From: Candidatus Shapirobacteria bacterium
GTDB lineage: Bacteria > Patescibacteriota > Microgenomatia > UBA12405 > BS750m-G30
Length of the DNA: 64,000 nt
Direction: 5' to 3'
Assembly (NCBI GenBank): GCA_016783425.1
Contig: JADHWP010000001.1
Location: forward strand, 7,272-71,271
The notes beneath the pieces are model-generated. The model was not told the DNA's origin, did no database searches, and worked only from the letters and a program-made list of their open reading frames with translations. This document shows positions 20,860 through 29,574 of this stretch, one piece after another. The position numbers were made by a program, and so were the translations under genes. Every line of letters begins with the position of its first letter. Position 1 is the stretch's first letter.

Positions 20860-21855
20860 AAAGCGGTTGAAAAACTCCAAATCTTTTTGAACGACTGTAT
20901 CCCAGCTTGGCTCTAAATTATGGTCAGCCTGGGGGTAGTAATAGTAAGTAACTTCTTTTTTCAGCTTATTTAATTCTTTAATTAAGTCTTCTTGCCATTC
21001 AGCCGGCACCCAGGGATCCGCTCCGCCCTGGTGGATTTGAATTGGAGCATTTATTTTCTGATAGTAATTATCAGTAGAGAAGATTTTTGGGTCATAGGTT
21101 GTTTCAAAATCATTAACCGCGCTTAAAACTTTTTGGGCTTCAGGGGTTAAGTTTTCTTGATCAATATAATCTAAAACGCACTCGGGAAAGCCAAGAGTTA
21201 CTGGCGCCCAAAGGGTAGCGGGGTAATTAAAACCACTGATTTCAAGCACCGAAAGAGCGATCTGCCCGCCGTTGCTATGCGCCCAAAGAAAAACATGATT
21301 AAGATCTGCTTGGGGAAAATTATTTAAAGAAGCAATTAAGTTTAAAACGGTGACGGGTCGCTTAAAGCGGTTGAGAAGAACATCTGTAGTTTCGCTATCT
21401 GATCCACCAAAGCCTAAAAAATCAGGAGCAAAAGTGATAAAGCCATTCTCGGCTAATACTCCTGCCGCTTTTCGGGTACCCAAACCGGTAAAATAAATCT
21501 CTTTATCCGCATAGCCTCGCAGCATAATTACCACGGGTGATTTACCCGTCTTTTTGGGTAAATTGAGCTGGCCGGTTACTTTTTGCCCATCGGAAAGGTA
21601 GGAAAAGACCCAGGAAGTGTATTTTTCTTCCTTTAAAATTTCTCTTTCCAGTTTTATTTGACTGCCCTCGTACTTTTTTTGGGAAAGAGAATCAAAGCTA
21701 TATTCGGCGTAAACCCGCTCCGGATTGAGAGTGTTTTGAGATCCAGAGAACCTTTTTACTAAAGGAGAAATAATTTTACTTTCTTTTGGGGCAAAGGCGT
21801 CCCAGGCAATTACCCCTATTCCTAAAATAAGTAAAGTTAAACCAATTTTTTTCAC
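20851..21855 (-). CDS. Exported alpha/beta hydrolase (S9 peptidase-like)
   Basis: Signal/TM N-terminus; AHSNGG nucleophile elbow, HQGGADPWV, ADHNL. Confidence 0.85.
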   Translation of the reverse strand: MKKIGLTLLILGIGVIAWDAFAPKESKIISPLVKRFSGSQNTLNPERVYAEYSFDSLSQKKYEGSQIKLEREILKEEKYTSWVFSYLSDGQKVTGQLNLPKKTGKSPVVIMLRGYADKEIYFTGLGTRKAAGVLAENGFITFAPDFLGFGGSDSETTDVLLNRFKRPVTVLNLIASLNNFPQADLNHVFLWAHSNGGQIALSVLEISGFNYPATLWAPVTLGFPECVLDYIDQENLTPEAQKVLSAVNDFETTYDPKIFSTDNYYQKINAPIQIHQGGADPWVPAEWQEDLIKELNKLKKEVTYYYYPQADHNLEPSWDTVVQKDLEFFNRFLN

Positions 21856-21881
21856 CTGAACATTTTAACCGATTTTTGCAG

Positions 21882-22133
21882 TTAGCGGTAGGCTTTTTGG
21901 CGATGAATTATCTGAAGGACAGTTAGTTGTTTGAGGCTTGTTACTTCATAAATGATTCGGTAGGGCCAGGCTTTTAAAGAGCAAAGGCCTTTTAATTTGC
22001 CCCTAAGGGTTTTTCCTAAATATGGGTCTGCCTGTAAAGCTTCAAGTTTTTTGATGATCTTTTTTCTTTCTTTTAAGGATAAGCGAGAAAATTCTTTTCT
22101 TGCTTTTCGGGTAAGAGAAAGTTTCGCGCTCAC
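21882..22133 (-). CDS. RelE/ParE-family toxin
   Basis: PYLGKTLRGKLKG, YRIIY, IIHRQKAY. Confidence 0.88.
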   Translation of the reverse strand: MSAKLSLTRKARKEFSRLSLKERKKIIKKLEALQADPYLGKTLRGKLKGLCSLKAWPYRIIYEVTSLKQLTVLQIIHRQKAYR

Positions 22134-22393
22134 AAGTATTTTTCTTTTAATTCTTGGAGAGAAACAAGCTCGCCCTTCCTGGCCTGTTTTTTAGATTCTT
22201 TAAGGCTTTCCAGAATGCCGGGGATAGAGAGCACTTCAGCAGTTTCCTGAAGAGACTCTAATTCCTCCAAGCTTATTAAAACTGCTTTGGGTTGGCCGGA
22301 AACAGTAATAATAAACCTTTTTAACTTATCAGCTGTTTGGCTAATAACCAAAGGCAGATTAGTTCTTAGATCAGAAATGGCAATGGTATTCAT
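22130..22393 (-). CDS. Phd/YefM-family antitoxin
   Basis: MNTIAISDLRTNL...IITVSGQPKAVLISLEELESLQET; start taken as ATG 22393. Confidence 0.9.
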   Translation of the reverse strand: MNTIAISDLRTNLPLVISQTADKLKRFIITVSGQPKAVLISLEELESLQETAEVLSIPGILESLKESKKQARKGELVSLQELKEKYL

Positions 22394-22477
22394 AAGTTTC
22401 AGTGTACAATATTGTGTACACCCAGTCAAGGAGCGGTGGCGGCAAAAATAATTTGTCAATTGTGTTATAATTCCTGC

Positions 22478-22660
22478 ATGCCTAAAGGGGTAAACTTTTT
22501 TAGTGAAGTAATTGACCAGCTTAAACAAGTAACCTGGCCGGATCGGGAGACCGCCGTAATGTTAACGAGTGTGGTAATATTAGTTTCGGCCGTAGTGGCT
22601 TTGTATTTGGGAGGTTTGGATGTTTTGTTTACGCGCTTAGTGGGAATTTTAGTTAAATAG
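22478..22660 (+). CDS. secE: Preprotein translocase SecE
   Basis: LKQVTWPDR plus a single TM helix; upstream of nusG. Confidence 0.92.
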   Translation: MPKGVNFFSEVIDQLKQVTWPDRETAVMLTSVVILVSAVVALYLGGLDVLFTRLVGILVK

Positions 22661-22672
22661 TTTTTTTGAAAA

Positions 22673-23296
22673 ATGGGCCAAAAAGTAACCAAAGAAGCGA
22701 AAAAAAAGAAAAAGGCGAAAAAAATCAAAAAAAGCGATTATCGCTTTCAGATTAGTGAAGCCAAACCCTCGTTTCGTTCCGCCTGGTTTGTGGTGCACAC
22801 TTATTCCGGCCATGAGCATCGGGTAGTGGAGGCTTTAAAACAGCGGGTGGGCACCATGGGCCTGGAAGATCGGGTTTTCGAGGCGGTTATTCCTTTGCAA
22901 ACCAAATACGTCATTCGCCGGGGGCAGAAAATAAAAACCAAGGAAAAAGTATTTCCGGGCTATATTTTGGTGAATCTGGTTTTAGACGACAACTCCTGGA
23001 TTGTGGTGAAAACTACGCCCGGGGTAACCGGTTTTGTGGGCAGTGGCGAAAAACCTCTTCCGATTGCCAAAAGTGAGGTGGAAAAAATCATTGCGGCGGT
23101 CGAAAAAGAAAAGCCCCAGTATAAAGCTAAATTTAGCGTGGGCGAGGCGGTAAAAGTGGTTGACGGTCCGTTTGCTGATTCTTTAGGAACGATTGATAAC
23201 ATTGATAAAAAACGAGGCAAGGTTAAGGTTTTAATTTCTATTTTTGGGAGAGAAACTCCGGTGGAATTAGATTTTCTCCAAGTTTCCAAGATATAG
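22673..23296 (+). CDS. nusG: Transcription termination/antitermination factor NusG
   Basis: [30 protein letters not shown] domain, [12 protein letters not shown]. Confidence 0.98.
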   Translation: MGQKVTKEAKKKKKAKKIKKSDYRFQISEAKPSFRSAWFVVHTYSGHEHRVVEALKQRVGTMGLEDRVFEAVIPLQTKYVIRRGQKIKTKEKVFPGYILVNLVLDDNSWIVVKTTPGVTGFVGSGEKPLPIAKSEVEKIIAAVEKEKPQYKAKFSVGEAVKVVDGPFADSLGTIDNIDKKRGKVKVLISIFGRETPVELDFLQVSKI

Positions 23297-23307
23297 AAAA
23301 TCAAGTA

Positions 23308-23441
23308 AAATTACAAATAACAAATTGCAAGAAGCAAATAAATCACAATGATCAAATTTCAAAAAGGCAAAAATTTAAATCAGTTTGAAAAATTGGAAAT
23401 TGGTAATTGTTTGTTTCTTGGTGCTTGTAGTTTGGAGCTTG
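23308..23441. repeat. Inverted pair of 7-nt-period arrays
   Basis: CAA-phased heptads (aaattac aaataac aaattgc aagaagc) then TTG-phased heptads (ttggaaa ttggtaa...ttggtgc ttgtagt ttggagc). Confidence 0.75.
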
Positions 23442-23448
23442 TTTAATA

Positions 23449-23874
23449 ATGGCTAAAAAAGTAAAAGCAATTGTTAAACTTAATCTTCCCGCGGGCGAGG
23501 CCACTCCCGGGCCGCCCGCCGGACCAATTTTGGGCCAGCACGGAGTGGCGATTATGGATTTTATTAACCAGTATAATACCGCCACCAAAGAGCAAAAGGG
23601 GAGCATTATTCCGGCCTTGCTTACCGTCTATGAGGATCGCACCTTTACTTTTGTGACTAAGCTTCCCCCGGTTTCCGCCTTAATCAAAAAGAAGCTAGGC
23701 CTGGAAAAGGGTTCGGCCGAAACTAAAAGAGAGAAAGTAGGCAGTTTAACTCAAGCTGATATTAAAGAAATTGCGAGTAAAAAAATGAAAGACCTGAATA
23801 CCAGTAATTTAGAAGTAGCAATTAAAATTATTACCGGAACTGCCAAAAGTATGGGGGTGGAGGTAGAAAGTTAA
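23449..23874 (+). CDS. rplK: 50S ribosomal protein L11
   Basis: AGEATPGPPAGPILGQHGV, GTAKSMGV. Confidence 0.98.
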   Translation: MAKKVKAIVKLNLPAGEATPGPPAGPILGQHGVAIMDFINQYNTATKEQKGSIIPALLTVYEDRTFTFVTKLPPVSALIKKKLGLEKGSAETKREKVGSLTQADIKEIASKKMKDLNTSNLEVAIKIITGTAKSMGVEVES

Positions 23875-23893
23875 AAGTTAAAAGTTAAAAGTT

Positions 23894-24664
23894 ATGAGTA
23901 AGAAAAAATCTGCCAAGGAAAAGGCAAAAGTAAAAGAAGAAATTAAAGGCAAAAAAACTAAAGTCGCCGGATTAAAGGGGGGCGAGCGGGTAAAAATGGT
24001 GGAGGGAGAGGGAATAAAAGTAGAAGAAAAAGAAGAGGGAAAAGAAGAAAAGGAAGGCCAGAAAAAAAGAAAAAAGAAAAGCAGGGGAAAGAAATATAAG
24101 GAGGCTCTGGCCAAGGTTGATAAAAATAAACTTTACTCTCTGAAAGAAGCAATTGCTTTGGTTAAAAAAACTTCAATTTCCAGTTTTACTGGTAATCTAG
24201 AGGGTCATTTACTGGTTGATAAAGCCGGGGAAATTGGAGAGCTGAATCTGCCCCACTTTAAAGGCAAAGAAAAAAAAGTGGCCATTGTCGATGGAAAGAC
24301 CTTGACTAAAATCAAAGAAGGGAAAATTGATTTTGAGGTGCTCCTTGCTTCTCCGACGGAAATGAAAAACTTAGTCCCTTTGGCCAAAATCCTGGGCCCG
24401 AAAGGGTTAATGCCTAATCCCAAAAACGGTACTCTAGTCAAGGATCCGGTCAAGGCCGCTAAAAATTGGGGCAAAGGGGGAATAATGTTGGCCACGGAGA
24501 AAAAAGCGCCGGTTATTCATGTAGTTTTAGGCAAAATTGATCAAAAAGACGAAGAGTTGGTGGCTAATGTAGAAGAGCTGATTAAAAGCATTGGTAAAGA
24601 AAAAATTAAAAGAATGACTTTGACTTCCACCATGGGCCCAGGGGTGAAAGTGGCTATTGGGTGA
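23894..24664 (+). CDS. rplA: 50S ribosomal protein L1
   Basis: ILGPKGLMPNPKNGT, TSTMGPGVK; K/E-rich N-terminal extension. Confidence 0.96.
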   Translation: MSKKKSAKEKAKVKEEIKGKKTKVAGLKGGERVKMVEGEGIKVEEKEEGKEEKEGQKKRKKKSRGKKYKEALAKVDKNKLYSLKEAIALVKKTSISSFTGNLEGHLLVDKAGEIGELNLPHFKGKEKKVAIVDGKTLTKIKEGKIDFEVLLASPTEMKNLVPLAKILGPKGLMPNPKNGTLVKDPVKAAKNWGKGGIMLATEKKAPVIHVVLGKIDQKDEELVANVEELIKSIGKEKIKRMTLTSTMGPGVKVAIG

Positions 24665-24986
24665 TATAATAAAAATAGTGAAGAGTTCAACTAAAATTCC
24701 AGCCTTTGCTCGGGGTGTTTTTTGGTCAGCCAAGATAGAAAATCTTGATTTAAAAAAAGACGAGGTTTATATTATCAACCAAGCGCTTGCCTATGGTACT
24801 TTACCGATAATTAAATGGCTTTTTAAGGCTTATTCTGAAAGAACAATTAAAAAAGTTTTTATTAATCAACCCATTAAAGATTATACCCATCCGCGTTTTA
24901 ATTTTTTAGCAAACTACCTTTTATCTGTTAAAGATAATCTCGATCCACACGACTATGTCCGCAATTTACCTCGAAATACTAGATAA
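24657..24986 (+). CDS. DUF6922-like putative antitoxin
   Basis: FWS...LDLKKD..YIINQALAYGT; coupled to the downstream nucleotidyltransferase. Confidence 0.65.
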   Translation: MGDIIKIVKSSTKIPAFARGVFWSAKIENLDLKKDEVYIINQALAYGTLPIIKWLFKAYSERTIKKVFINQPIKDYTHPRFNFLANYLLSVKDNLDPHDYVRNLPRNTR

Positions 24987-25614
24987 GTCCAGACGGGAAG
25001 CTTTCGGAAAGTTAAAAGAATTTTCTAAGGGGTATTTGGCTGGTGGAACCGCCTTGGCTTTGCAAATTAATCACCGGCTTTCGTTTGATTTTGATCTTTT
25101 TTTCACCCATCCTTTGAGAAAATCACTAATTAGGAAGTGCCTCCAGCTTTTTGAGGAAGAATCACGAATAATTAGACAAACAGGTGACCAAATTACTATT
25201 ATTACTCCACTGGGTATTAAATTAGACTTTATTCATTATTGGCACAAGCCTATTAGGCCGTTGGTTAAAACTGGAGAGTTGCCTTTGGCCTCAATTTTGG
25301 ATATTGCAGCTGATAAGGCGGCCTGTGTTGGCCGGCGGGCAGTTTGGCGGGATTATGTTGATATTTTTTTCTTACTAAAAAAACAACTCGTTTCTTTAAA
25401 GCAACTGATTAAATTAGCTCAAGAAAAATTTGGGGGAGAGTTTAATGAGCTTCTTTTTTTGGAACAGTTAATATTTTTTAAGGATTTGCCGGTTGCTAAA
25501 ACTGAATTTCTCCAGGAAAAGTATTCTTCAATAGAAATTAAAAAGTATTTGAAAAAAGAGGTTAAGCAATATTTAAAGGAGATTAGTTTTCTCCACCCCC
25601 GAGGTGGGCCTTGA
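24955..25614 (+). CDS. AbiEii-family nucleotidyltransferase
   Basis: YLAGGTALALQINHRLSFDFDLF, ADK, RDYVDI. Confidence 0.88.
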   Translation: MSAIYLEILDKSRREAFGKLKEFSKGYLAGGTALALQINHRLSFDFDLFFTHPLRKSLIRKCLQLFEEESRIIRQTGDQITIITPLGIKLDFIHYWHKPIRPLVKTGELPLASILDIAADKAACVGRRAVWRDYVDIFFLLKKQLVSLKQLIKLAQEKFGGEFNELLFLEQLIFFKDLPVAKTEFLQEKYSSIEIKKYLKKEVKQYLKEISFLHPRGGP

Positions 25615-25627
25615 CTCCTGGGGGGTG
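25594..25627. repeat. Palindromic repeat family B
   Basis: cacccccgaggtgggccttgactcctggggggtg; contains the stop codon of the upstream gene. Confidence 0.7.
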
Positions 25628-25641
25628 ATATTATTTTTAAT

Positions 25642-26334
25642 ATGAACGTTAAATTTGATGGCTTTCTGGATAATTTCTTTGCCCTGGAAATTGTTCCGGG
25701 CAAAAAGATCAGAATTCCCTATTGGCGCAATAAATTTTTTAAAAATGGGAAAAGAATTCAAGGGCCTTTTGGGGGCAAAGGTACTCCGGCGCAAATAAAG
25801 AGGGCATCTATAAAAAAAGCCAGAGAGGGGAAAATAAGTCTTAATCAACTAAGCTCCGCGCAGATTCGGACTTTTATGAAACAGAAAAAGATCGGCCTGG
25901 ATTGTTCAGGCTTTACTTTTCAGGTACTTAATTTTTTAAAGCCTGGTTTTTACAAAAGGTTTAAAAAAGCCCCGGGAATTAGCCCCAATCCTATTCGCCG
26001 TTTTAATGCCAGGGCTTTAACCAGTAATCAAAATAGTCAGCCGGTTAAAAAAACTAAAAATATTAAAGTGGGCGATTTAATTCCGGTTAGTTTTTCAAAC
26101 GGCAAAATCAACCATGTTTTAGTAGTTGTTGAGGCGGGCAGCAAAGAAATAATCTACGTTCACTCATCCAGTCGTGGCAAAATCACTGGCCCGCATTTAG
26201 GCAAGATCAAGATTATTGATCCAGAGTCAGGTTTGGAAAAACAACACTGGTTGGAAAAAACCAAAAAAGACTTGAATTTGCTCGAATTTGCTTCCCGGCT
26301 GTTGATTAAAATAGGAGTAAGAAGAGTTATTTAA
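25642..26334 (+). CDS. NlpC/P60-like cysteine hydrolase
   Basis: GLDCSGF, GDLI, NHVLVV, VHSS. Confidence 0.7.
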   Translation: MNVKFDGFLDNFFALEIVPGKKIRIPYWRNKFFKNGKRIQGPFGGKGTPAQIKRASIKKAREGKISLNQLSSAQIRTFMKQKKIGLDCSGFTFQVLNFLKPGFYKRFKKAPGISPNPIRRFNARALTSNQNSQPVKKTKNIKVGDLIPVSFSNGKINHVLVVVEAGSKEIIYVHSSSRGKITGPHLGKIKIIDPESGLEKQHWLEKTKKDLNLLEFASRLLIKIGVRRVI

Positions 26335-26365
26335 AACAGGCTACGCATTAGAATGGCTATTTTTT

Positions 26366-26794
26366 TCATTTTTTTAAGTAGTTTTTGAGAGAAACGACTG
26401 ACTCGTCTTTAATTTTCCCGTGACATTTGGGATTGGCCGAGATAAGCTGGCATTCAAAATTTTTTGCTAAGGCCACGTAAATAGCATCATAGGCGGTTAA
26501 GTTGTATTTTATAGCAATGGGAATGGAATATTGAACCAGAAAAAGGCTTGTGGGTACGATTTCCACTTTAGTTTGGAAAAATGTTTTTAAAGAGGCAGTA
26601 ACCTCCTTTTGACCAAAACGTTTTCCTTTAAGCAGGGCGTTGGTTAACTCGTGAATTAAGAGATCGCTGGTCTTGGCAATGATTTTATTTTGCTCAAGGT
26701 CAAAAAAGAGTTTTTCGGCCTTTTTTAAGTCAGATTCTTTTTCAGAAGCATACCACTTAACAATTACTGAAGCGTCCAGAATATAAGTTTTCAT
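26366..26794 (-). CDS. PIN-domain (VapC) toxin
   Basis: YILDASVIVKW, HELTNAL, TAYDAIYVALA. Confidence 0.9.
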   Translation of the reverse strand: MKTYILDASVIVKWYASEKESDLKKAEKLFFDLEQNKIIAKTSDLLIHELTNALLKGKRFGQKEVTASLKTFFQTKVEIVPTSLFLVQYSIPIAIKYNLTAYDAIYVALAKNFECQLISANPKCHGKIKDESVVSLKNYLKK

Positions 26795-27099
26795 CAGTGT
26801 TTTTGACGGTCTTTTACAACGAATTCGGAAAGATTAATCTGGCGGCCAATTTTTCCAATTGTTCTCATTTCTTGCCAAAGAAGCTTAATTTCTTCTTGAG
26901 TCTTAATCTTTTTAAAGGTTGTTTTTTGAGGGGGGATAAAAGGTCGTAATTCTACTTTGTCTGTTTCAGTGGGAGCAATTTCAATAATTGAGTTTGCCCC
27001 GATCCAAGCTAGAGCTTTCCTAATATTGCGAGGGATTGTCAATTGCCCTCGTTCGCGAATTTTGGCAATTTCTCTTAAATCTTCCAAGTGAGTTTTCAT
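26794..27099 (-). CDS. AbrB/MazE-type antitoxin
   Basis: KIRERGQLTIPRNIRKAL; coupled to vapC. Confidence 0.85.
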   Translation of the reverse strand: MKTHLEDLREIAKIRERGQLTIPRNIRKALAWIGANSIIEIAPTETDKVELRPFIPPQKTTFKKIKTQEEIKLLWQEMRTIGKIGRQINLSEFVVKDRQKH

Positions 27100-27141
27100 A
27101 TTTTAAGAATATCAGAGAATAAGAAAATTGTCAAGTTGAGC

Positions 27142-27169
27142 TTGACAATTAAAATTTTTATGGTAAAAT
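27142..27169 (+). promoter_or_regulatory. Sigma70 promoter for the T-box/tRNA transcript
   Basis: TTGACA-N16-TAAAAT with extended TG. Confidence 0.7.
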
Positions 27170-27193
27170 GCTAACAATTGACATTTTAAGAAA

Positions 27194-27410
27194 TCCAACT
27201 AGAAAAGTCGCGATTTTCTAAAGGAGTCCGCCAAAATGCGGACCGGGTCAGGCCCGTGATAGTCTGAAGCTTTTGTCGCCTCGCCCCCTGGGCGGGAAGG
27301 AGAAAGTTGCTAAGTCCCGATGCCGTGAGGATCGGGAGAAAAAGGGTGGTATCGTCTTTTTAAAAGGCCCCTTTTGATTATCAGTTTTTGGTGATCAGGA
27401 GGGGCTTTTT
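27194..27410 (+). ncRNA. T-box riboswitch, transcriptional, ultra-short stem I, probable Arg specificity
   Basis: Antiterminator AAGGG-TGGTATC-GTC...GGC-CCCTT (27342-27373); overlapping terminator 27367-27410; stem II 27226-27243; IIA/B pseudoknot 27244-27267; hairpin 27200-27220 with loop GTCGCGA. Confidence 0.85.
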
Positions 27411-27414
27411 GTTG

Positions 27415-27491
27415 GCACTCGTAGCTTAAACGGAGAGAGCATTCGCCTTCTAAGCGAAAGGTTGTGGGTTCGAGTCCCGCCGAGTGCACCA
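27415..27491 (+). tRNA. tRNA-Arg (TCT)
   Basis: Acceptor GCACTCG/CGAGTGC, anticodon arm TTCGC-CTTCTAA-GCGAA, GTTCGA T-loop, ACCA end. Confidence 0.95.
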
Positions 27492-27500
27492 AAGGGATTA

Positions 27501-27577
27501 GCGCCCGTAGCTCAACTGGATAGAGCGGCTGTCTTCGGAACAGCGGGTTGGGGGTTCAACTCCTCTCGGGCGCACCA
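27501..27577 (+). tRNA. tRNA-Arg (TCG)
   Basis: Acceptor GCGCCCG/CGGGCGC, anticodon arm GCTGT-CTTCGGA-ACAGC, ACCA end. Confidence 0.95.
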
Positions 27578-27622
27578 AATTAAAAAAGGAAATAAAATGA
27601 TAAAAAATGATGAAAGGAAAAA

Positions 27623-28777
27623 ATGAGTAACGTAGAAATTGACCAACAATCAGCGTGGTCGGAAAATTTGGGCCACCTAAATTCCGCTCTGGCTGTATTA
27701 GGGGAAATGCCGTCCGTGGAAGGAAATGAGCTTGATCGCCTTTTGGCGAAGTTCCACGAGTCAGTAAAAACAATTGCTGGCAGTGAGGTTGCTTTTGCTA
27801 AGATGTGTGCCTTGCTAAAAGAAATTAATCCTCATTTTATACTTAAAGAATTCTCGACGCTGCCCAAAGCCAATGTTTTGGCAAATGTAGTTGCCGGCAT
27901 ATACGGCCCCCTGATTCATGGTTTTTCCCAGGCGGTTATTGAAAATATCCAGATGAGCAATCTTCCTGAAGTAATTGTTGCCCCGCCGAGAGATACGATT
28001 CCCTTGGTAACGTCACTTAAAACAATGGCTGGAATTGAAGGTGTTGATTTGCAAATTATTAAACCGCCTGTTACTAGAAAAACCGCTGGTATTCCTAATA
28101 ATCAATCAAGTGGGACTGCCAAAGAAGACCCGTTATTTCGATCAATGGTCCACCAAGAATTTAAGCACCGTCTTAACGGCACTGGTTTAACAGAGATTGA
28201 GTTTGGTATTTATTCAACTACCTCATTGAAAATAGCCAGATTGCTAAAGAGCATGGGATTAAAAGAAAAATATATTGCCCTAAAATTTTATGGCCTTGGT
28301 CCGAACTTGAGCTATGTTCACGGATTACTTTCTGGCGGAAAAGAATGGGTGGCCGAAAGCGCTGAATCGCAACTCTTGGTAGATCCTGCCCAAATTGCGG
28401 GCCTGATGGTTTTGCTTGATAGTCTTGAAGAGTTTGGGATGCAAAGTGTTTACCAATCAGTTTCTAGATTATACCTTGGCGATGATGGTAAGATATTGCC
28501 TTTTGTTCAACCCGTTGATGTTGAGACTTTTGAGATTGCTCGGGCAACTAATGAAGCAATTGCCTCTACGGCTTTGTATTACGCAACTATTGGTCCGGGT
28601 TTTGCTATTCACTTACTCGAGCAAGTCCCACATCTGGTTGAGCTTGCTCATCAGGGTTATCCTTTTATCCTTCAGGCGCCGATTCCGCCAATGGACAATA
28701 AGGAACAACATTTTGCTAGCATTAGAACAGCTGGAGTTTTTTCTTATCCGGAATTAGTTTTACGAAAGGAGGCTTAG
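27623..28777 (+). CDS. Hypothetical protein
   Basis: 384-aa ORF with AAGGA SD; first gene of a three-gene coupled run. Confidence 0.75.
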   Translation: MSNVEIDQQSAWSENLGHLNSALAVLGEMPSVEGNELDRLLAKFHESVKTIAGSEVAFAKMCALLKEINPHFILKEFSTLPKANVLANVVAGIYGPLIHGFSQAVIENIQMSNLPEVIVAPPRDTIPLVTSLKTMAGIEGVDLQIIKPPVTRKTAGIPNNQSSGTAKEDPLFRSMVHQEFKHRLNGTGLTEIEFGIYSTTSLKIARLLKSMGLKEKYIALKFYGLGPNLSYVHGLLSGGKEWVAESAESQLLVDPAQIAGLMVLLDSLEEFGMQSVYQSVSRLYLGDDGKILPFVQPVDVETFEIARATNEAIASTALYYATIGPGFAIHLLEQVPHLVELAHQGYPFILQAPIPPMDNKEQHFASIRTAGVFSYPELVLRKEA

Positions 28778-28779
28778 CC

Positions 28780-29574
28780 ATGAAGCTAGAAGACATCTTT
28801 ATTCACCAAAAGCCGATTATTGGCGTGGTTAGATTATTGCCACTGGCAGGGTATAAAAGATTCCCTGGTATTGATCGCGTGGTTGAAGTGGCCTTAAAAG
28901 ACATTCAAAAACTAGAGAAGGTTGGCTTTGATGGCGCTTTAGTTGATAACCACACTCACCCTCATGTAATCAAAGCTACTGAAAAAATGAAGGATTGTTT
29001 TATTAAGGTGATGAAGTTTTTGGTGAAAGAAGTAAGAATTCCCTTGGGTGTTCAAGTGCTTTTAAATGATCCCAAAGCTTCTTTGTTGATTGCCAAAAAA
29101 AGCGGAGCGAAGTTTATCAGAACCGACTTTTTTGTAGATAAAGTTAAAACGGAGCATGGGGTTATGGAAATCAACCCTGAAAAGTTAATGAAATACAAGA
29201 AGAATATTAAAGCTGATGATATTGCTCTTTTTGCCGATGTTCAAGTTAAACACGCCACTATGCTGGAAAAAAAGAGTCTTAGGCAGTCAGTTAAAGAGGC
29301 CGTCTCTTGGGGAGCAGATGGAGTGATCGTTACTGGTTCCTGGACAGGAGTTTCACCCTCAGTTTTGAAAATAAAAAAAGTTAAAAAAGAGGCTAAAAAA
29401 ACCTCAACTCCAGTCTTGGTTGGGAGTGGTTTTAATCAAGACAACGCTCAAGAGATCCTAAAAGTAGCTGACGGGGTTCTAATGGCGAGCGCTGTCAGAA
29501 TGGGGAGTCGAATTAATTATTTTAAAGCTAAAGCGCTAATGGAAAAAGTGTTATCAATTAAAAAGGAGATATGA
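28780..29574 (+). CDS. BtpA/SgcQ-family TIM-barrel protein
   Basis: KPIIGVVRLLPL, PLGVQVLLND, FADVQVKHA, ADGVIVTG, PVLVGSG. Confidence 0.9.
   Translation: MKLEDIFIHQKPIIGVVRLLPLAGYKRFPGIDRVVEVALKDIQKLEKVGFDGALVDNHTHPHVIKATEKMKDCFIKVMKFLVKEVRIPLGVQVLLNDPKASLLIAKKSGAKFIRTDFFVDKVKTEHGVMEINPEKLMKYKKNIKADDIALFADVQVKHATMLEKKSLRQSVKEAVSWGADGVIVTGSWTGVSPSVLKIKKVKKEAKKTSTPVLVGSGFNQDNAQEILKVADGVLMASAVRMGSRINYFKAKALMEKVLSIKKEI

Noticed and set aside
27310-27773. Minus-strand ORFs over the T-box and tRNAs (also 50102-50293)
   Set aside because: Antisense translations of tRNA genes.
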